DNA of 64,000 nucleotides from Candidatus Poseidoniales archaeon (GCA_038144595.1 JAYQOB010000007.1:251-64250), one strand, 5' to 3'; shown: positions 29,939 through 39,164, counted from the stretch's first letter. Notes: generated from the sequence alone by a model not told the origin. Translations and numbers: made by a program.

Positions 29939-30577
29939 GTGGACATCTTCGAACTCGCCAAGCAGGCCAAGGCCGCCAAGGCAGACGGCAACGCCGCAGC
30001 CTCAGATGATCCTTCCAAGGTCATTGCGCGGCTTGAACGTAAACTGGCACGCGAAAAAAGTGCTCGGTTGACGGCCGAGAAAACCATTGAGGAAAGCTCC
30101 CGGAACCTCTACCTCTCCAACCGAACCCTCGACGCCACCAACGAACAATTGGAAACCACCGTGCTTGAGTTGAACGAAACCATGGCTCGCCTCACGTCCG
30201 CTGAGGTCAAGCGGTTGGCCACCACCATCACACTCATCCTTGCAGCGATTCTGTTCTTTGTTTCAGAATTCGCCATTGAACCGGTGCTCGAGCGGAGCAT
30301 CGACAACAGGCTTCGACTCGCCCTTGCAAAAGTGAGTATCTTCTCGGTCTTGATTCCAATTGAGATTTTGGTTTCCCGCTACATTGAATCCAACCTTTCC
30401 GAGGCCGAGCACCTCAACGAGGACATGTACCGAAACCTCTTGGAAGCTGCCTACGATGACGGCATCATCACGGACATGGAGCGAACCTTGCTTGACAGCA
30501 GCTCCAAACAGCTCGGGCTCACGCCAGATGAGGCAAAACGACTCGAAGATGAAGTGGCTGCCGCTTACGCCGCCTGA
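29939..30577 (+). CDS. coiled-coil / 2-TM membrane protein with a TerB-like C-terminal motif; putative H-NOX partner
   Basis: 212 aa. GTG start 10 nt after the H-NOX stop. Heptad-rich N-terminus (ARLERKLAREKSARLTAEKTIEESSRNL...LETTVLELNETMARLTSAE). Two TM helices (LATTITLILAAILFFVSEF, VSIFSVLIPIEILV). C-terminal AAYDDGIITDMERTLLDSSSKQLGLTPDEAKRLEDEV. No kinase, GGDEF/EAL, HD-GYP or MCP motifs. Confidence 0.6.
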   Translation: MDIFELAKQAKAAKADGNAAASDDPSKVIARLERKLAREKSARLTAEKTIEESSRNLYLSNRTLDATNEQLETTVLELNETMARLTSAEVKRLATTITLILAAILFFVSEFAIEPVLERSIDNRLRLALAKVSIFSVLIPIEILVSRYIESNLSEAEHLNEDMYRNLLEAAYDDGIITDMERTLLDSSSKQLGLTPDEAKRLEDEVAAAYAA

Positions 30578-30628
30578 ACGCAGGGCGTTGAGCAAGTTCT
30601 TTTGTACTCGGTGAAGTGATTTTTCTAC

Positions 30629-31468
30629 ATGGCGGCTGACGATGGCATCGTTGCTCAACACGACGGGGCGTTGACCTCACCTCAACTGCTCGCTGTTGGT
30701 CTGCTCGCCGTCTTCCTTGTCGGGCTTGGTGCCGGCGCCGCCTTGTTCGCTCCAGGAGCAGGTCTTTTCGCCTCGGAAGGCGAAGACTTCACCGCCAGCG
30801 TTGACGCACCGACGGGGACGAATCAATACATCATGGTTGAAGTTGACGAAGGCGACAACGACGAGGAAGTCCTCATCGAACACATCCACCACGTGTTTTT
30901 CTTCACGGCCACCGACCGAGGCGGGCTGATCACTTGGGATTTCGGTGATGGTTCAACCGCCACCGGGGCGCTCACGAACCACAGTTTCGCCGAGCCCGGC
31001 TATTACACCGTGAGCGTCACCGAACTTCTTGAAGGTGCGATTCAGGAGGTCCAACTTATCGTCGAGGTAGACTTGGTTTCCCAAGCCGAGGTCGACAACA
31101 TGGAATGCGTCTGTGCCCCCACTGCGAAAGACACCGTCATCGTGCTCTCCGAGCATGAGGGGCTATCGTCCATTGGTGGTTTCGTGAAGGTGGAACATGA
31201 CGGCAGCAGCGAGTCGTGTTCACTGCGCAACCCACTCCAAGAGTGCCACGTCCGTGTCATGCTGCAGCGCTTGAGCGGAGGCGATGTGGTGGAAGAATCC
31301 GTGCTGTTTGACGACACCTTCCGAAGCAACGAGAAGGTGGTTGACTTTGTCTTTGATACCGTGGACCTGAAACCCGGTGAGCGCCTCCAACTCCGACTTG
31401 AAACCGACCAGTTGAGAGACTGGCACAAACCCACGGCGGAGTGGTCCACCGATGCACCGGTTGTTTGA
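30629..31468 (+). CDS. membrane-anchored PKD-domain protein
   Basis: 279 aa. TM anchor LLAVGLLAVFLVGLGAGAALF. PKD signature ITWDFGDGSTATGALTNHSFAEPGYYTVSV. Confidence 0.65.
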   Translation: MAADDGIVAQHDGALTSPQLLAVGLLAVFLVGLGAGAALFAPGAGLFASEGEDFTASVDAPTGTNQYIMVEVDEGDNDEEVLIEHIHHVFFFTATDRGGLITWDFGDGSTATGALTNHSFAEPGYYTVSVTELLEGAIQEVQLIVEVDLVSQAEVDNMECVCAPTAKDTVIVLSEHEGLSSIGGFVKVEHDGSSESCSLRNPLQECHVRVMLQRLSGGDVVEESVLFDDTFRSNEKVVDFVFDTVDLKPGERLQLRLETDQLRDWHKPTAEWSTDAPVV

Positions 31469-31548
31469 TGCCCCTCCCTCAAACGACCCGACGCTGGTCT
31501 CCAATTGAAAGGAGGCACCGTTATCATCCCGCAAAGGCTAGCCTCGCC

Positions 31549-33546
31549 ATGAACCGAACCGCTGCGGTGCTTCTTGCCCTCCTCATGGCGCTCATGCCGT
31601 TAGCCGGATGCATCAGCGACGGCGTTGATGGAAACGACGGCGCTGCCGGCGAAACAGGGGCGCAGGGCCTCCCGGGCCAAGACGGCGCCGACGGTCTCGA
31701 TGGCGTGGACGGGTTGAACGGAACCGATGGTGCGAACGGCGCCGACGGTGCTGATGGCGCAGACGGTAGCAACGGAACGGACGGTGTGGACGGCAAGACC
31801 ACCCTCATTCAGACCTTCATCGAGTACCCCGGCGAGTTTTGCGTCGATGGTGGCGTCGGACTCCATGTTGGCATCGATGACGACAGCGACGCCTACCTTT
31901 CCATCGACGAGATCGACGAAACCGTGTACGTGTGCAACGGTGCAGACGGCCAAGACGGCGCCGACGGAAGTTCGGGCAGTGGCGGCTCCAGCGGTGGCAC
32001 AGCGGGCATGATGCTCAGCGATTCCATCCGCCTCAGCAAATCCGACGGCTGTCCTGCAGGCGGTCGTCTCATGGCCTTCGGTTTGGACAACGGTGACAAC
32101 GGCGGAACGGCCGGGAACGGCGTGTTGGAATCCGGTGAAATTGACGACCAGACCACCTACTGCAGCGACCAGCGGGTCAGCTTCGTGGACGATGCACGAC
32201 CGGGGACGACGGGGAGCAAACCCGTGGCCTATCAGGGCATGCGCATCAGCATCGAGGACACCTTGTACTTCGCAGCGGACGACGGCGTCCACGGCTACGA
32301 ACTCTGGGCCTACAACACCACGACCGACGAAATGTGGATGGTGGCCGACATCCGTCAGGGGGCTCAGGGCAGTTTCCCCGGCTATTTGCTTGCCGTTCAG
32401 CACGGTACGCAATTGTTCTTTGGGGCTTACACCGACGACAACGGGACTGAATTATGGGCGCACGATCACACCACGGGCACCACCTGGATGGCCGCTAACC
32501 TTGGTCCGGACCAGCCCTCGCCAAGTGGAAGCAATCCCGGCGACGACATCGAAATCATGTACGGTGACATTCTGTACTTCTCCGCCTTTACCCCTCAATA
32601 CGCCACCGAACTTTGGGCCTACAACACCCTCACCCAAAACTCGTGGCTCGTCCAAGACATCCACATGGGCAGTTCGGCCAACCCCGGCTGGTACATGCAT
32701 TTCATCCACAAGGATGTGCTCTACTTCACCGCTCGAGACGTCGGTAACGTCCACGACCTTTGGGCTCACAACCAATCCAACGGCACCACCTGGAAGGTCG
32801 CAGCCTTTGGCACAGACCCCAACACGCACCCGGGGAATTACATGGACCATCTCATTGGCGACACGTTGTATTTTGACGCACTCACGCCGCTTGGGCGGGA
32901 ACTTATGGCGTACAACCTGCTCAACCATACCTCATGGTTGGTCGCTGATTTGGAACTGGGTCAAGTCGGCAGCAACCCCGGCGAACACATGTCGCTCGTG
33001 GTGGGCAACACCTTGCTCTTTGATACGGCCGACGACAGCCTGTGGGCCCATGACACGTCCAACGGCACCACGTGGCGCGTGATGCAGCACACCGGAACCA
33101 ACGCTGGTGAAGGCGCGCACGAGACCGTTGTCGGCACCATGGCGTTCTTCCAGGCGCAGGACAATGCTGGTGGAGCCGAACTTTGGGCGTACGACGCTGA
33201 AACCGGTCAGGCCTTCAGGGCCGTCGACATCGTTCCGGGCGCGGACGGCAGCAACCCCGGCCAGAACATGATGGTGGGTCTGAGCGGCGTGCTCTACTTT
33301 GACGCCTCCACGCACAGCACGGGGCGCGAGTTGTGGGCTCACGATCCGGCGGACGGCTCAACATGGGTGGTCGCTGACATCGCTTACGACGATACCAACT
33401 ACACGACACCCGACCCGTCCTCCAACCCTGCTCGCAGTTTCTGGGCCTTCCACAACGGCTGCTTGTTCTTTGACGCTTACGAGAGCGAGACGGGCCGAGA
33501 GATGTGGAAGATGTGCCTTGAACACACCATCACCTACGGTGTTTGA
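31549..33546 (+). CDS. lipoprotein with a collagen-like G-X-Y tract and ELWxxDG-type beta-propeller repeats
   Basis: Internal ATG of ORF 31441-33546. Signal plus lipobox-like MNRTAAVLLALLMALMPLAGC. About 19 uninterrupted G-X-Y triplets (GNDGAAGETGAQGLPGQDGADGLDGVDGLNGTDGANGADGADGADGSNGTDGVDGK). At least 8 repeats of the form G(T/R)ELWA(H/Y)(D/N)xxxGxxW...D(I/L)xxGxxGSxPG. Confidence 0.7.
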   Translation: MNRTAAVLLALLMALMPLAGCISDGVDGNDGAAGETGAQGLPGQDGADGLDGVDGLNGTDGANGADGADGADGSNGTDGVDGKTTLIQTFIEYPGEFCVDGGVGLHVGIDDDSDAYLSIDEIDETVYVCNGADGQDGADGSSGSGGSSGGTAGMMLSDSIRLSKSDGCPAGGRLMAFGLDNGDNGGTAGNGVLESGEIDDQTTYCSDQRVSFVDDARPGTTGSKPVAYQGMRISIEDTLYFAADDGVHGYELWAYNTTTDEMWMVADIRQGAQGSFPGYLLAVQHGTQLFFGAYTDDNGTELWAHDHTTGTTWMAANLGPDQPSPSGSNPGDDIEIMYGDILYFSAFTPQYATELWAYNTLTQNSWLVQDIHMGSSANPGWYMHFIHKDVLYFTARDVGNVHDLWAHNQSNGTTWKVAAFGTDPNTHPGNYMDHLIGDTLYFDALTPLGRELMAYNLLNHTSWLVADLELGQVGSNPGEHMSLVVGNTLLFDTADDSLWAHDTSNGTTWRVMQHTGTNAGEGAHETVVGTMAFFQAQDNAGGAELWAYDAETGQAFRAVDIVPGADGSNPGQNMMVGLSGVLYFDASTHSTGRELWAHDPADGSTWVVADIAYDDTNYTTPDPSSNPARSFWAFHNGCLFFDAYESETGREMWKMCLEHTITYGV

Positions 33547-33753
33547 CGCCGTTCTATAGAATAATGTCCACCTTCGGCGGCTCCCTCTTGGGTGATTGGT
33601 TGTGTCGGAACAACCTTGAAAATCACAAAGCCTTCCATCTCTTGCTTAAAGATTCAACAAACCGCTGTTTAATGGTTTGAGGATTAATCATGAGATTGTG
33701 AATGACAAAGTCAACACTGAAAAATGTAAATACCTCCCTGTCTTCAGGCAAAC

Positions 33754-34503
33754 ATGAACAAGTGGTTAATCGTTTTAATCTGCTCAATCGCAGGGTTCTT
33801 TCTGTTCGGCGGGATTGGTGCGTTCGCAGTTGTTTCCAAGAGTACACAGGGAGAGGTCTTCCGTTACGGGTGATGCCTCAGAGAGCATCACATTCGAAGG
33901 AGAGTGGGACAAATTCTACGATATTTACGCAGAGGACCAAGATATCGCGATTTTTTTTGAGACTTCACAAACTCACGACCCTGACTACACCTATCTTCTT
34001 CGTTGTGGGGTCGACACAGGGAGCACCATTGGAATAAGTGGGGATTGCGGAGACAGGCGGAGAGACTTGTATCTTGTTGGTGATTTTACCGTCGAGGCGT
34101 CAGGCGCGGGTGATGTCACATTTACGTTTGATGGAACGGGTGAGGTAATGATTGTGCAATCTGGTATTGCTAGTTCTTTCGGCTCGCTTGCTTTGATGTG
34201 TCTGGGTTGCTGCCTCTGCCCCGTGTTGATGATCCTCTCTGGAGTCAAATTGGGGAAAGGAAAACACAAAATGTTGTTGTCATCGGTGGTGATTCGTTTG
34301 GTTATCAACAAACATTACCTCAGCAAGCATTGCCTCAGCAAGCAGTCCAGTCGTACAGTTTCAGCACTGAAACAGTTGAGCAAAGCTATCCGCAATCCAC
34401 ACCAATACAGCAGAAGGATTTCTCTGCGTGGGATGCACCTACTACCTCTACCAACAACCCGTCTGCATACCAGCAAGCCACCCGAACAAACGGAGGCTAC
34501 TGA
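33754..34503 (+). pseudogene. membrane protein with a Gln-rich C-terminus, at least 2 frameshifts (low-GC islet)
   Basis: MNKWLIVLICSIAGFFLFGGIGAFAVV stops after 39 codons. The sequence continues in ORF 33815-34552 (second TM helix SLALMCLGCCLCPVLMIL), then ORF 34198-34503 (YQQTLPQQALPQQAVQSY...). Confidence 0.35.
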
Positions 34504-34782
34504 CTACAGAGCGCAAGGCTCAACCGGTGAGTGGATCAAGTTCATTGGCTAATGTCCAGTTTGGTTCATGTCAACATAGGCTCGCCAGTGCTGGAAAAGC
34601 CGTGATGGACCCGATTCGGCGGTGCGGAGTGCTCGTACCGGGAAACTATCTGCAAATACTATGGTAATTCAATGGAAATGGAAATGGAAATAGCTTCTCC
34701 TGCAAGCGATTAGTCACACAAAACAATCCATCATTGACTGCGTGGGAAGAAGATTAAAGCAACATGTGAACTTTCACAGCGC

Positions 34783-35525
34783 GTGGACGAAGAGGGACAG
34801 GTAGGTTCTGCATTTTGGGGCGTTGCCGAAGAAGACAAACCCGAACGACATAGCTTATCGAAAGAAGACCGGTATAAATCACAATCAAGGGAACTTTCCT
34901 ATGCGGATATTGAAAAGTTGGAGTATCAGGAAAATCAAAGGCAAGAGAAATTAAACAATGAATGGAAAGACAAAGTTCCCGATGATATGGTTATGATGCG
35001 GGACGAAATACGAAATGCAAGGTATGTGGTCCCCGGATGCACTGCCCTGTATCTCTTGATGACCATTTCAGACGGTGGATGCATCACCACTTCAATCCAA
35101 GAACAAATCTGGCCACTCGTCATCGTTTGCCGCTTCAATTCCTCGTTTCACGCCAACTTCGAGAGGTGCGCTGGTACGCTGAGGAGATGACGGCTGTGGT
35201 CTACCGCAAAGGCCTTTCTGGGCACCACTTCGTCGTTTCTGCAACCATTCTTGAACGAGGTGATGAACTGATACTCAATTCAGAAACGATATGGACAAAA
35301 GAGGGATATGACGATGACGGCCATCCTGTCAACAAAAAGGAGACCCATTACTGGATCGAGGCTCATCGTGGTGGACAGAGATTCGGCACCTTCGCTGACG
35401 ATTGGAATAACAAACGTCACCTTTTACGGACCATTGATTTCGCAGCAAAAAATCTCGCAGTGAATGCCACTTACGAATTCGTAAATTACAAGTCGTGTTT
35501 TTCAGGTGCTGGTACCGGGATTTGA
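34783..35525 (+). CDS. hypothetical protein(s); two overlapping frames (34783-35190, 35037-35525), possibly one frameshifted gene
   Basis: ORFs of 135 and 162 aa with no recognisable motifs. AT-rich. The 3' end overlaps the 3' end of tRNA-Glu on the opposite strand. Confidence 0.3.
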
Positions 35526-35579
35526 ACCCGGGTCGAAGGAATGAGAGTCCTTCATGATGGGCCACTACACTATACGAGC
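35507..35579 (-). tRNA. tRNA-Glu (anticodon CUC)
   Basis: Hand-folded from the reverse complement GCTCGTATAGTGTAGTGGCCCATCATGAAGGACTCTCATTCCTTCGACCCGGGTTCAAATCCCGGTACCAGCA. T-arm CCGGG/TTCAAAT/CCCGG. Anticodon loop CTCTCAT. Short D-stem typical of tRNA-Glu. Acceptor stem is 6 of 7 paired, with a C4-C69 mismatch. Confidence 0.8.
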
Positions 35580-35606
35580 GTGGTAGGCTGACGGACCGGC
35601 CTTTCC

Positions 35607-35612
35607 TATTTA
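35607..35612 (-). promoter_or_regulatory. possible TATA box of tRNA-Glu
   Basis: TAAATA on the minus strand, 28-33 nt upstream of the mature 5' end. This is the expected archaeal spacing. Confidence 0.3.
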
Positions 35613-35765
35613 GCCATCACGCCACGCCTCGGTGTGGGGCGATTCCGTTAGGTTTCGTTTCACTTTAAGTGAAAAAGAAAAGTGAAAAACGAGGCATGGC
35701 GTTGGATTGCTTCGTTTTCTTCAACTTGCACCCTCCTTCGTCGCTTCATATACCACCGCCAATGA

Positions 35766-36023
35766 ATGCGGTCCATGGAAGAACAAAACCTCTCCCAAAA
35801 CCTTCGCTTTGCAGACATGACGGCCACGTCATCCCGGTCCAACGTTCCCGCCTGGGCCAAGAACAGCCAGACCACCCTTGCCTACGGAACGGGCCGCCTT
35901 CCCACGCACGCTCGTCAAATCGGCTGGCAGCCCGTGGCCGGTGTGGGGGCAGCCCCTGTGCCATCCCACCTCTCCTCCAGCATGCAATCGCTGCGCCGCC
36001 GCATCGTTCGAGGTGAGGCCTGA
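35766..36023 (+). CDS. hypothetical protein
   Basis: 85-aa ORF whose stop overlaps the next start (TGATG). Composition is plausible but there are no motifs. A competing 199-aa minus-strand ORF looks like a GC-rich antisense artefact. Confidence 0.3.
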   Translation: MRSMEEQNLSQNLRFADMTATSSRSNVPAWAKNSQTTLAYGTGRLPTHARQIGWQPVAGVGAAPVPSHLSSSMQSLRRRIVRGEA

Positions 36024-36262
36024 TGAGCCGCACACAACGCCTTCGAGGCGAGATCCTCTCCTTCCTGACCGAAGTGGGCGAGGCCAACACCACGGCCATT
36101 CTCGACCACGTCAACCGTCGTTTCCGTTGGGGCGCCACGATGAACCAGCTCGGCAACGTGCTGGCCCGTGACCGTCGCTTCGTCAAGGTCGGCTTCGACG
36201 AAGGCACCGACATCGGCGGGTTTCGCATGCGGGTCTGTGTTTGGTCCATGGCGACCGCTTGA
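36023..36262 (+). CDS. small winged-helix-like DNA-binding protein
   Basis: 79 aa. GEILSFLTEVGEANTTAILDHVNRRFRWGATMNQLGNVLARDRRFVKVG has an HTH-plus-wing pattern. Confidence 0.4.
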   Translation: MSRTQRLRGEILSFLTEVGEANTTAILDHVNRRFRWGATMNQLGNVLARDRRFVKVGFDEGTDIGGFRMRVCVWSMATA

Positions 36263-36301
36263 GGCCAAGCAATCAAGAATCGGAAGTCCCACGCCTCAAC
36301 C

Positions 36302-37180
36302 ATGGCAGGGAGCCTCGGTGCGTACATCGCCTTGATGCGCCCCAAGAACCTCGTTCTTGCTGGAGCGACAGTGCCGCTCGGCGCTTATTTCGCCCTGATG
36401 GATGCTGGCGAGCCCTTTCCCGTCGTCGCCGTGGCACTTCACACCCTGGCCGTTGTCCTGTTCACGGGTGCTGGCAACGCCATGAACGACATCAAAGATG
36501 CTGAGATCGACAAGACCGCCCATCCCATGCGACCGCTTCCCTCGGGACAGCTATCGATTCAGCAGGCCAGTCGCTTCACCTCCTTGCTGTGGACCCTCAG
36601 CGTCGCCGGGCACATCGGCGGATTGCTGGCGGTTGAACCTGCGGTAAGCACGTACTTGCCTACCGTCCTCATCTACATCTTGGCCGTGGTGCTCATGGTC
36701 ACCTACGACCACGGTCCCGCCACCAAAAATCGAGGCCTGTCCGGCAACATCGTGATTTCGCTGCTGGTCGGTGCCGTCATCCTCTACGGTGCATCCGCCG
36801 TCGGCGGGTTTGTACAACCCGTGATTTGGTGGATCTTCGGCGTGGTTTTCCTGACCAACCTCGCCCGTGAGATGGTGAAGGACTGCATGGACATGGAAGC
36901 CGATGAGGGCAGTCGCCAAACCCTCCCCATGACCTACGGCAAAGAAAAGGTTCGAATGGCCGCCTACGTCGTCATCATGGGCGCCCTTGTGTGCCTCTAC
37001 GTCCCCTTCTGGAAAGGCCCGTTCCAGTTCGGACAAATCGCCTTGCAGATCCCTGCCATTCTGACCCTTATCACCCTCAACGGGCCGATGGTTCAGGGCA
37101 AGGACGCCCTCGTTGCAGGTCGCATCCGAGTCGCTATGCTGCTGGGCCTTGTGAGTTTCATCGTGGCCAGCGTGCTTTGA
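36302..37180 (+). CDS. UbiA-family prenyltransferase, most likely digeranylgeranylglyceryl phosphate (DGGGP) synthase
   Basis: 292 aa, about 8 TM helices. First Asp-rich motif GAGNAMNDIKDAEIDK. Second acidic region KDCMDMEADEG. Size and motifs fit the archaeal lipid ether-bond enzyme. Confidence 0.7.
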   Translation: MAGSLGAYIALMRPKNLVLAGATVPLGAYFALMDAGEPFPVVAVALHTLAVVLFTGAGNAMNDIKDAEIDKTAHPMRPLPSGQLSIQQASRFTSLLWTLSVAGHIGGLLAVEPAVSTYLPTVLIYILAVVLMVTYDHGPATKNRGLSGNIVISLLVGAVILYGASAVGGFVQPVIWWIFGVVFLTNLAREMVKDCMDMEADEGSRQTLPMTYGKEKVRMAAYVVIMGALVCLYVPFWKGPFQFGQIALQIPAILTLITLNGPMVQGKDALVAGRIRVAMLLGLVSFIVASVL

Positions 37181-37181
37181 T

Positions 37182-38150
37182 TCACTCGAGGCCCATGAAT
37201 TCGCCCATGGCCTCCCAGGCTCCGTGGTTGATCAGGTAGGTCATCAACGACATCTGCGCCCACATGCGGTTCTCGGCCTGGTCGAAGACAATGCTCTGTT
37301 CGTGGTCCATGACCCAGTCGGTCACTTCTTCGCCACGGTGGGCAGGTAGGCAGTGCATGAAGGACCAAGCGTCGTCCATGTGGGCGACCATGGCTTCGTT
37401 GACCTGGTAGCCATCAAAGGCGGCCATCTTGTCCTTGAGGTGTTCTTCGCCCATCGAGATGAACACGTCGGTGTAGACCACGTGCGCACCGGAGACGGCC
37501 TCCACCGGGTCGGTCGTGTGCATCACGCTGCTCCCGTTGGCCTCGGCGAGGGCCTTGGTTCGCTCAACGACGTCTTCGGCTGGCTCGTAGCCTTCGGGGC
37601 AGGCGTAGCGAACATCGATGCCGAGCATGGCACAAGCGAGCATGAGGTCGTGCAGGACGTTGTTTCCATCACCCACCCAAGCCACCGTCAGGTCTTCGGT
37701 GTCGTCGTGGTGCTCCATGACGGTCATGAGGTCAGCGGCCGCTTGACAGGGATGGTGCTTCGCAGAAAGGGCGTTGATGACGGGCACCTCAGCGTGTTCG
37801 GCCAGGGCGGTGACGTCTTTGTGGCCAAAACAGCGGTAGGTGATGCCACCCAAGAATCGGGAGAGCACCTGCGCCGTATCGCCAATGGTTTCTGAAGTGC
37901 CGAGCTGGATGTCGTTTTTCAGCAGCGTCAGCGCACTTCCACCAAGACGTTGGATGCCAACCTCAAAGGAAACTCGGGTCCGAGTTGAGGGCTTTTCGTA
38001 GATGGAACCGATGGCCAACGTGTCGAGGGGAAGGAAGTTGAGCGCCACTTCGTCGCCTTGTTTCCACAATCGCTTGAACTCAATGGCCCACTTGAGAATG
38101 CGTTCAAAATCGTCGTTCACATCGTCGATGGCGAGAAGGTGTTGCACCAT
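37182..38150 (-). CDS. argF: ornithine carbamoyltransferase
   Basis: 322 aa with EKPSTRTRVSFE, HPCQAAADL, VGDGNNVLHDL, TDVFISMGEE and HCLPAHRGEEV. The last two separate OTCase from ATCase. Confidence 0.85.
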   Translation of the reverse strand: MVQHLLAIDDVNDDFERILKWAIEFKRLWKQGDEVALNFLPLDTLAIGSIYEKPSTRTRVSFEVGIQRLGGSALTLLKNDIQLGTSETIGDTAQVLSRFLGGITYRCFGHKDVTALAEHAEVPVINALSAKHHPCQAAADLMTVMEHHDDTEDLTVAWVGDGNNVLHDLMLACAMLGIDVRYACPEGYEPAEDVVERTKALAEANGSSVMHTTDPVEAVSGAHVVYTDVFISMGEEHLKDKMAAFDGYQVNEAMVAHMDDAWSFMHCLPAHRGEEVTDWVMDHEQSIVFDQAENRMWAQMSLMTYLINHGAWEAMGEFMGLE

Positions 38151-38189
38151 GCCGTTTCCACCGCAAGGCGGCTTCTAAGCGTTGTGCGG

Positions 38190-39008
38190 TCAGTTCTTTT
38201 CGTGCTCGATGTCGGCAGCGAACCCGTCGCGAGCATCGCTCATGCCACCGAACAAGGCCTGTGCGAACGTCAGAATGTCAGCGAGACCTTCCTCGAGTTC
38301 GGAGGACAACGGGGTCAGCCCGGGGGCTTGGGAAAATTCCTGCATCATACGAAGTTGGTTGATGGCAAATTCCGTTCGCTGGCCACCGGCTTCGTCGTAG
38401 AGGGCGAGCTCGAGGATCTCAAGGCGCTCCGACCACTCCAAGATTTGCTCGAGGTCGTCAGGGTCGAGCAGGTCGGCCTTGGAGAGGAAGTTCTTGGTGG
38501 GCAGGCCGAGTCGGAATTCCACAATGGAGGACAACAGCATCTGCGAAACAAAACCCGATGGCGACCGAGAGAGCATGGGGTCGAACAGATAGATGATGGC
38601 GGATTGTTCTCGGCCCAGGGTTTCGATGAGGTGGTTGCTGGCTTCACGGAACGCAAAGAGTTCCACTTGACCGGGGGTATCGACGATCATCATTTCACCG
38701 GACAAGGTGTGGAGTTGGTCGGCCACTTCGCCTGCTTGGGCAGCCAAGAGATCAGCGGCGAGGATTTGAGCGCCGTTGGGGCCCAAATCGTACTCGTCCA
38801 TCACTTCGGTCAGCGAGATCAAATCCCGGACGTCAAATTCAGCGTCGTAGTGGACGCGTTCGGCTCCCGGGTCAAGGTTGACAGCGATGACTTCGGTCTC
38901 CAGAAAACGGGACCAGCGCTGAAACGAGGTGACCAATGACGATTTTCCGGCACCTGCGGTTCCAACCACAAACAGCACCGGGGGTGAACTGTTGTCCATA
39001 CCGACCAT
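38190..39008 (-). CDS. GPN-loop GTPase (PAB0955 family)
   Basis: 272 aa. P-loop VVGTAGAGKSSL, VNLDPGAE, the eponymous LGPNGA, DTPGQVELF. Confidence 0.85.
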   Translation of the reverse strand: MVGMDNSSPPVLFVVGTAGAGKSSLVTSFQRWSRFLETEVIAVNLDPGAERVHYDAEFDVRDLISLTEVMDEYDLGPNGAQILAADLLAAQAGEVADQLHTLSGEMMIVDTPGQVELFAFREASNHLIETLGREQSAIIYLFDPMLSRSPSGFVSQMLLSSIVEFRLGLPTKNFLSKADLLDPDDLEQILEWSERLEILELALYDEAGGQRTEFAINQLRMMQEFSQAPGLTPLSSELEEGLADILTFAQALFGGMSDARDGFAADIEHEKN

Positions 39009-39164
39009 GAAAACCCGTTCAACCGACCCTACATGAAACCTCCTTTTCCCGGCATGCGCTGTTGGATTTCACCCAAACCTGTCAAACGCACCCGTGGAGA
39101 ATGGTTATGTGCTCATCATGCATCCAGCAGTCCGTCGCACCGTAGCGACGCTGAGGAATTGACG

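Noticed and set aside
34672-34692. The microsatellite-like (atggaa)x3 in the low-GC islet.
   Set aside because: It has only three units in intergenic AT-rich DNA and no evident function.
35746-36345. A 199-aa minus-strand ORF spanning the region upstream of the DGGGP synthase gene.
   Set aside because: It has Arg/Trp/Pro-rich composition and no motifs. The plus strand carries two coupled small ORFs, including a plausible wHTH protein.
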